From the sequence record OR805292.1: a stretch of DNA of 64,000 nt; one strand, written 5' to 3'. A program made the position numbers and the translations under genes. Shown piece after piece: positions 56,364-64,000 of the stretch; position 1 is the stretch's first letter, and every line of letters begins with the position of its first letter. Below the pieces are notes generated by a model that did no database searches, was not told the origin of the DNA, and saw only the letters and a program-made list of their open reading frames with translations.

Positions 56364-56436
56364 GCAAACGCGAATTAATCTTATTTGCAATTTAAGAAAA
56401 ATACCAGTTGACTGTAGCTTGCTAACATAGTACATT
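56364..56436 (+). promoter_or_regulatory. 25-bp palindrome followed by a sigma70 promoter
   Basis: GCAAACGCGAATTAATCTTATTTGC (56364-56388), then TTGACT-17-TACATT (56408-56436). Confidence 0.8.
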
Positions 56437-56465
56437 TAACTCATAAATCCGCAGGAGTAGCAGTT

Positions 56466-58924
56466 ATGTCGCTGAAAAAGAAACTTTTAAATTCTGTGCA
56501 GATTAAATATTTCGGCAACATTTATACTTACATTTATGATGCCGTTTATGACGTTATTTATTTTGATAACCAGCAAATGTCTTATGCCGAATTTGAAGAG
56601 GCAGTAGACTGTAAGCTAGGAGAAGTTCTGTGAATGAATATGTTGATACACACAGAGCTAAAAGAATATTAATAATTTCTTCTATATGTTTTTTTGTAAC
56701 TGGCATTCTGATAGGATACAGCCTGGCGTCTAACTCTGAGTCTGCTTCGTTATATATGCAGTATAAAGAACTTGTAAAGTCTTGCGAAGCAGAATTGCCA
56801 AGAAATGAAAATTGCCAAGTAATCGTATATGCTATACCAACACCTGAAGTAGAAGAAGAGAAACTAGAAATACAAACAATTCTCAGAGGGGTCGAAATAA
56901 AATGAGCGTATACTGTAATTGCATAGCATGCGGTGGAGATGATCCGTATGCTGTATGTGAAAATGTGTTAATGGATATCCAAAAGCACAAATATAATACT
57001 GGTCCCAGCTGGGGGCTGGTAGTTGCGGCAGTATTGTGTTTGGTAGGAATGGGATTAGCAGGTAACGCAGCACTATCTGATAAAAAAGAAACACCATGCG
57101 AAACTACACAACAAAAATAAGAGGTGTATAATGACTGACAAAACAACAGACATGTTGGTAGATGAATTTCTGTGCGAGCGTGCATCTTTTTCTCCGTTTA
57201 GCGAAGGTGTTCATGCAGCTAAACTAGGGCAGAAATATACAGACTGCCCGTATACCAAAAATGAGCCGTATGAACGTAACGAATGGATTCGAGGACATCA
57301 AATGTGGCATGATTATTCTGTTCAACAATACAAATAATATTCAGAGGATATTATGAAGAAACTATCTATGTGCGATTTTGCCAAATGGAAGGCAAACTAT
57401 TACAGCACCAATAAATCCGGTCAGCCACTCCGTCTAGGACAAGCATTTATTAACGAATTTTCCGAACAGGGTGATATGCCTCAGCCAAATCTATATTATG
57501 AAGAAGACAATGCAACTGCTGAGCTTATCATTCTAGAAAAATACATTATATACTAAGGAAGTAGTAATGTATCTTGCACACCTATTCGCTTTGGTCCCGT
57601 CTATGTTTGCAGTATTAATTAATGCTGTCTTTATCAAATACGGTTTGGGACCTGCTGCTATAATAGTATTTATGGCATTAGTTGTAACTGTAACAGGAAT
57701 TGGGTCTGTAATAGATATGATGCGTGCATTGTCTGAAGTAGACAATATTATTGATAGATAGTATTTATGTATGCATAAGAGAACTTATGAAACTCAATGA
57801 AGTTACTACAATTTCTGATCTAGACAATATTCCTGTCACTGACAAATTTATAGTTGTCGGCGAAGATATGGTAGGTCTTGCTTTTATCGATAACGATGGA
57901 AAGCTAAATGATGGATTCTTTTTTGAGTGTACTTATACTCAGAATAAGGAACAAATATTTAAAGCTGTTCAACATTTAAAAAAACAAGTAGATGAATTAA
58001 ATAATTGTAATAAAGAGAAAGTTATAGCACATGTCATGCGAGCTCCCGAGTTTGCATATGTTTGGGTATATTTTGAACAAAAACAATAGTTCTATATTTT
58101 TGATATATGCAAACGCAAATAATTAGAATTTGCAGAATCTGTTACAAACTTTCTGTTTATATCAAATACAATCATGCTATAATAGTTTATAATAAAAATG
58201 TAAGCATACTATCATTGACAGAACTGCTGTTCCAATTAGTAAAGGGTTTCATTGAGCAGCATGACATCCGTGCCTACAGCAAGCACCAAAAGAACAAAAA
58301 TGAAGTTCATTCTTTGTCTAAAGATTAAGTTTGCTGAGAAATTTGATAAGAAACTTCAACTGCTTGATTATATCAATAGTGCATTTATCATGCATTGAAC
58401 AGAAACGAAGTACTCTTTTATCTACGAGGAAAAGCAAATGAAATACAAAATCATTCTTCAAAACCGTAGCAATGGTGTTGTCGCTGAATTTTCGGTAGAT
58501 AACGAAATCAATCCCGAGATCATGGATACTTCTATTATCGTTCATGAAGGGACGTCGTATATGTATACCGGCTCGGGTGGTTCTTACTACGATACCATTT
58601 ATTTTAGTGAAATATATAAGACCATTAACACGACAGACTTGTCGTTGCTATAACAGAAAACGCTTTACAATAGCTCTAAATGTGCTATTATGTAGTTGTA
58701 CATAAAACAACGCAGGAGATTATATCATGCGTAGCACACTCGGAGTAGAACATGCATCGAGAGAAATTCTTTCTGCATGGGTTGATGTAATGCAGCAACT
58801 CAACTGTGAGCATTTCTATAGCGAACTGAAAGACAATGCAGTTCGCTTAGATTTACAGGAATATATGTATACTGAACGTCTTGTTCAGTATTATACAGAT
58901 CTTCCAGTCACTAATGCTGTTTGA
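56466..58924 (+). other. Operon of small hypothetical ORFs, several membrane-associated; includes untracked 56466-56633
   Basis: AGGAG/GAGGT SDs, chained ORFs, terminator at 58956. Confidence 0.7.
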
Positions 58925-58955
58925 CAGCCACGCTGGGCGTGAACTACATTTATTA

Positions 58956-59020
58956 GGAAAGGGGTTTTAAGCCCCTTTCCTTTTGAATGTTAAGTGTAAG
59001 TGCAAATTAATCTTATTTGC
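58956..59020 (+). promoter_or_regulatory. Terminator plus 25-bp palindrome junction
   Basis: GGAAAGGGG-ttttaag-CCCCTTTCC then GTAAGTGCAAATTAATCTTATTTGC. Confidence 0.8.
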
Positions 59021-59103
59021 TTGTTACAATTTAGTTCTTGAATTCACACATAATAGTATGTATAGTTTTAATATATAAGATACCAACATGCGAGGTTGTA
59101 AAA

Positions 59104-60525
59104 ATGAAACTTCATAATATGAATGGTAATATTTTTATTCGGTTTGAAGTAGATACTTCGTCGGATAATTTTGTAGAAAAAGTTTACGAAGAAATTATGC
59201 AGCTTCCTGCAAAATTGTATTTCGAAAAGATAGAACGTAGAACTTGGTTCTGTAGCTTTTACACAGGCTACGACGAATTGGTGGAATTCGTCAATGAAAT
59301 AAAAGACAGAGTTAGTTCAGAAGGTGTTTTCTTTGACAGGCCATTGCAGCTAACTCTTATCAATTCGGGCGGGGTAGAAGTAAATATTTCCGATATAGAA
59401 CCGGATCTTCACTATCTCTTTGATAACGATATTACAACTACAAAACTTATCTCTATGGAAGGATCCTGCAATATGGTAGATTTGCTCATGTGCGAATGGG
59501 TACCTATTAGCATTCGAACTTCTATTGCTAAGGCATTTACTGACAAATTTTTATAATAAAATACCTGTTGACGCATATAGCAATATGCGCAATAATATGC
59601 ACGAAAGCAAGAACAGATCCAAATAACCTTTTTATAAGAGATTATATTATGTCTAAGTATCTTTCTTTTAGCGTAAACGTAGACATGGACAACACTGGTT
59701 TGTTGAAATGGTTGCGTCCTACCACCGGTCGGCTGGATGGTTTTGAAGAGAGTGTTAAAAACTTCGTTTCTTCTTTCCGCTCAGTCGAGTCGAGCCCTAC
59801 GGTGTTTCAAGTTTACGATGATGATAACCAGCCGTTGCAAGTAAGCAACATGAGCTGCTTCTTCCGGTACTTTCCGGTGTATGGTATGTGCCTTGCACCG
59901 GGTTCGATGGTCAGGGAACAATATCGTCGGGAGATCCTCGACTATACTACTGACGAGTTCTGTTCATTCAGTAACTACTTCAGTGACGGCAAGGCCATCC
60001 GCGGCGGGGCAGTATTGTGGTGGGATGTAGAGAAAGACTTGGTATGGTCTGTTAGTCCCGAATTGATTCGCCTCGTATATGCCCGCTTGCAAAGCGATCT
60101 GGACATCGGGTGGTATCATCTCGGGCAAGAAGTTATGGCTGTAGTTCCTCTTCGTTCGTATCCCAACGATGTTGCCAGATGGAAATATGTACAAGGTAAT
60201 ATCTGCGGCATCGACGATCAAGTGAGCATTCGCAGCAACGTCGACGGTCGAGTCACCCGGCTTAATTGGGAATACATCGTGACCCAAGGGGGATAATATG
60301 GGCGGTCTTGCTAATATAGTTGCATGCATAGCTTCTATTGTTGCAATTGTTACTGGAAATATCTGGTATTTTATCGCACTGTTGCTATGCACAGCATTTA
60401 TGTCGCCCGAACGAAAAGGATCATTAATTGATGTATTTTCGGTCATTGTCGGGATTGGTGCTATATTTAACGGAGACATTGCATGGGGCATAGTGTTCAT
60501 AGCATTAGTGATAATAGTTAAATAG
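59104..60525 (+). other. Hypothetical ORFs (59104-59556, 59649-60296, 60298-60525 membrane protein)
   Basis: Starts moved to SD-preceded ATGs; terminator at about 60526-60555. Confidence 0.7.
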
Positions 60526-61310
60526 AAAGGAAGGGGGTTAAACCCCTTCCTTTTATTGTAGGTGTTAAATGTCATCAATTTTTTATCTTAGCAAATGGAC
60601 AGAATACATAGTAATTTTAAACAATAAGAGAATAAGGTTAAGTACAGCGAAATATTCTATAGGATATGTATCACTAGAAACACCTCGTCGCACATTTTAC
60701 TGGACACTTTTTAAATGAAATACAATAATCATATCTAAGTAGATACCTACCTTTATATCAAAAACCATTTTATGAAATATATTTCCTAAATCATATTACA
60801 AAAGTTATATTTGAATTTTGGATTCTTATCTCAACCTTGCATTGCAATATAAAATGCGAATATGAGTGTGCTATATGTATTTGCATATGCATGTACATAC
60901 GTATAAACGTATTAAGAAATACAATTTATTTTATCCTATACAATTATCTTTAATACCTATATGTTGTTTGATAATAAAAGTATAATAAGTAAAAGATATT
61001 ATCCATTATATAATGGTTTTAATATATTTCGCTGTAGTGTTGGATTTATATATTTTTCATATGATAAAATGTCATTTATTCACGACATATTCATGCAAAC
61101 CGTTTCGTTGTTCCTTACGACGTTATTATTGTTTTTACTTATAACTCCGTTATATTATATAGGATTGAAAAATCCAGTCAATATAACTACATTTGTTTCG
61201 TGTTTAATAATAACCATTCTTATAACAAGTTATTATTTTATGTCAGTTTTGACTTATATATTCTGTATTACTGTTCAGTCAAAAATTTATAAAAGAAAGA
61301 AATAATTTAG

Positions 61311-61418
61311 TTTCAATATCTTTTTCTTTTTCAATATCTTTTTCTTTTTCAATATCTTTTTCTTTTTCAATATCTTTTTCTTTTTCAATATCTTTTTCTT
61401 TTTCAATATCTTTTTCTT
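61311..61418 (+). repeat. Six perfect copies of an 18-bp pyrimidine-rich unit
   Basis: (TTTCAATATCTTTTTCTT)6. Confidence 0.95.
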
Positions 61419-61438
61419 TATCTTTTATCATTGCAAAT

Positions 61439-61549
61439 ACAAATAATAATTATTCTTATTTGCATTTAGTGATGTAAATAATTCTTATTTGTAATTGCGA
61501 TTAATTCTTATTTGCTACAATAGATAGAATAAGAATAATTCACATTTGC
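61439..61549. promoter_or_regulatory. Cluster of three to four Fur-box-like palindromes
   Basis: ACAAATAATAATTATTCTTATTTGC (61439-61463), GTAATTGCGATTAATTCTTATTTGC (61491-61515), TAGAATAAGAATAATTCACATTTGC (61525-61549). Confidence 0.75.
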
Positions 61550-61897
61550 AATGCCGCTAAAAGCGCTGTAAGCGCTGTATGCTGTGTAGTAGTGCTAAGC
61601 AATGCATTAGTACAGCTACGCGCACAAACGCTGTTATAAGCGCTTGTAGCGCGTTTTAGGGCCCATGCGCATGCGTATACCTGTAGCTTTACATAGTAAA
61701 ATGCAGAAAAGACGTCGTCTATTAACGTGCCTGTCTTAATAGAAATATACAATTGTACAATACCAGCGAAATCCTACACACTACAGACATGCAAACAAGC
61801 AACGCGCTTGCAAGCATAAAAGTTTTTAAAAAGTAGTAGACACAGTGTAGCATCCCTAGTAAGCTACACACATAAACAACACAACGGAGTACAAGCT

Positions 61898-62380
61898 ATG
61901 TCTAATGTAAGCATCCCTGCTGTAACGGTAGAGAACATCGGCACCCTGCGCATCGTGCGCACCGCTAACAAAGAGGTCGGAAGTGTGCTCGACCTAAAAG
62001 TTAACGGGGTAGTAGTAGGGCAAGCTTTCCCGCTCTACAGCACAAAAACCCAGCGTAGCTGGAACGCGAGCATGCACGCTACCGTTAACGGCGTAGAGGT
62101 GCAGTTTGCACAGGAAGGCGTGTTCAGTGCAATCCGCATTGCACGGGCGTTCGAGGATGCAGTAAAGCATGCCGTTAGCAACGGCGAACAAGGGCAACCC
62201 CTCCCCGCGCCGGCGGCGGCAGAAGCGCAAGCAGAAGCGCAAGCAGAAGCGCAAGCAGAAGCCCCGGTAGCGCAGACCGAGGATGCGCCGGAGACCCCGG
62301 CAGCCGAAGCTAAGCCCGCCCGCAAAGGCGGCAGCAAAGGCGGCAGCAAAGGCGGCAGCAAAGGCGGCAGCAAAAAGTAA
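61898..62380 (+). CDS. GC-codon protein with (AEAQ)n and (KGGS)4 tail; paralogue of 43206-43910
   Basis: GGAG SD; NGVVVGQ...VFSAIRI shared domain. Confidence 0.85.
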   Translation: MSNVSIPAVTVENIGTLRIVRTANKEVGSVLDLKVNGVVVGQAFPLYSTKTQRSWNASMHATVNGVEVQFAQEGVFSAIRIARAFEDAVKHAVSNGEQGQPLPAPAAAEAQAEAQAEAQAEAPVAQTEDAPETPAAEAKPARKGGSKGGSKGGSKGGSKK

Positions 62381-62395
62381 GCGCTGCTAACACAG

Positions 62396-63385
62396 GAAAG
62401 GGGCAACTGCCCCTTTCCTTTTATGTCCTAGTTGTAAACGCAAATTAATCTTATTTGCATTTGCACAAGTCAATCTCCGGTTGCATTACTGCGGTAAGAT
62501 GTTAGTATATATGTAGCTATACGGAGTAATTGCTATGAAGCGCAAGTACCTAAAGGCACAGTTCGAGCATGTCAGTGCCGGGCGAGTTGCAAAAGAACTC
62601 GACGAGAAGTTCAATTTCGTTGTAGGCGATAATGTACACTACTGGGCCATCTTCGAAACTAATGTCAAACCCGAAGTTCTACAAAAGGCAATTCATGACA
62701 TGAACGGTGGTGCTTACTGCCATGCATATTCTATTCCGTATGAGGATGTAGAGGAGTATCTCTAATGCTCTACTATCGCGATGTTTATGCAGGTGTTTGC
62801 TGTTAAACTTGTATAGCCGGCACCAGGTCGCATATAACACGCCTAGCCCCATGCAAACTGCGGACATGATCCATTCACGCCTGCAGCGTATGTTCGAAGA
62901 ATTCGGTTGCAAGCCCGATGGTTGCTCTGCTAGCATGTACGAGGATAAGACGCACATTACACTAGCCTGGAGCAAGTAAATGGATATGTCGATTGTGAAC
63001 AAGCGCTTCGAGAAAGAACTAGCGCTGTTTAATGTCGAAGTTCTCAGTAAGCGCACAGTGAATCATATAACGAAACCGAACATCGAAGTTTCGTTCAAAC
63101 TAAAGGGTCATACTACTGAAGAAGAGATGACCACTGTTACTCAGCTCGCACGTCCCATTATGGAGTATGTAAGCGGACGTAGGGTGGTCTGGGCACATAC
63201 CGGTCTTTGGCGCTCAATGAAAGACGACCTCGAAGTAGCAGTGCTGACAATGAAGTTATCCAAACAATAAGAGAAAGGGGCAACTGCCCCTTTCCTTTTA
63301 TGTCCTAGTTGTAAACGCAAATTAATCTTATTTGCATTTGCACAAGTCAATCTCCTGTTGCATTACTGCGATAAGATGTTAGTAT
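62396..63385 (+). repeat. 113-bp direct repeat (62396-62508 and 63273-63385): terminator, palindrome, promoter
   Basis: 111/113 identical by manual alignment; period 877 bp. Confidence 0.95.
62535..63270 (+). other. Gene cassette between the 113-bp repeats (62535-62765, about 62765-62979, 62980-63270)
   Basis: GGAG SD and chained short ORFs. Confidence 0.7.
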
Positions 63386-63425
63386 GTGCTTGGCAGTAAC
63401 ACATAACTAGCAGGAGCAACAGACA

Positions 63426-63674
63426 ATGGCTAAAGTATTGCACGTTAACAGCATCGGCAACGTCGCCGAAGTGTTTACATCTGTAGACCTCGACAGCGCC
63501 TTGTTGCACGCAATCAAGCGCTGTGCAATGATGGGCAAGGTTAAGGTTGTCGGTCCCAACGCTCCCGTGTTTGCTAGCCACTACTACGCACTGAGAGCGT
63601 ACGACGTGCAGTGGCGCCTCGTTCCACCGGGCTGCGACGTTACTTTGTACGTCATCGCCGAGGACAACAACTAA
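63426..63674 (+). CDS. Hypothetical protein
   Basis: AGGAG SD behind the repeat-borne promoter. Confidence 0.75.
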   Translation: MAKVLHVNSIGNVAEVFTSVDLDSALLHAIKRCAMMGKVKVVGPNAPVFASHYYALRAYDVQWRLVPPGCDVTLYVIAEDNN

Positions 63675-63685
63675 GGAGAGACACC

Positions 63686-63988
63686 ATGAATCTCGTTCAT
63701 CTGTGGATCAACGGGCGTGTTGTGACTGCCCGCAAGGTTGTCAGTAAGCATACTGTCCGCAATCCGAACAGTCCGATCGATATCGAGACTATCGACGTTG
63801 TTCGACTGCGTCTGCCCCGCGGTGTGCGTGCTAGCAGTTGGGCACTCCGTAAGGCAGTGTACCAGCTCATGGAGCAAAGCTGTAGCTGCTCGAGAGACTG
63901 TTGTGGACACTGGTTCGGCGGCGCACGCAAGATCTACATTAAAGGCAGAGACGTCAGTGTAGTTGCCGGGTACCAGCGCAATTACTAA
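63686..63988 (+). CDS. Hypothetical protein with CSCSRDCCGH metal-binding motif
   Basis: AAGGAG SD; start moved to MNLVHLW; GAAAGGGG terminator begins at the window end. Confidence 0.75.
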   Translation: MNLVHLWINGRVVTARKVVSKHTVRNPNSPIDIETIDVVRLRLPRGVRASSWALRKAVYQLMEQSCSCSRDCCGHWFGGARKIYIKGRDVSVVAGYQRNY

Positions 63989-64000
63989 AGGAAAGGGGGC

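Noticed and set aside
61311-61430. Minus-strand (KEKDIE)n coding repeat
   Set aside because: No start codon or SD upstream in frame; treated as non-coding.

Overview
This window looks like an accessory (early/middle) region of a lytic jumbo phage. The DNA is strongly AT-rich and nearly all genes lie on the + strand. Recognisable content: 12 tRNAs, a minimal TilS, a TraR/DksA zinc finger, SleB-type and M23-type peptidoglycan hydrolases, an AAA ATPase, an SGNH hydrolase and a small late/virion-type block at 7.9-10.5 kb. A few genes with GC-rich third codon positions, together with tRNAs reading A-ending codons, point to a GC-rich host. The overall picture recalls Pseudomonas jumbo phages of the PA5oct/MIJ3 type, but that is from memory and unverified. 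Structure the gene list does not explain: (1) about 24 divergent two-repeat 'LQ' paralogues, followed by a chain of half-length ORFs; (2) a 25-bp Fur-box-like palindrome, GCAAAT-N13-ATTTGC, present in about 13 copies at terminator-to-promoter junctions of gene cassettes from 42.7 to 63.4 kb, two of them inside a 113-bp direct repeat; (3) two matching modules of tandem repeat, palindrome cluster and GC-rich gene with a charged tail; (4) four ORF-poor, hairpin-rich intervals of about 280-620 nt behind sigma70 promoters, which are candidate large ncRNAs; (5) an iteron-like array at 33.6-34.1 kb; (6) a GC-rich island inside a segment bracketed by a 54-bp gene-end duplication; (7) three adjacent genes with T4-like capsid-targeting N-termini. 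All product calls come from motifs read by eye; no searches were run.
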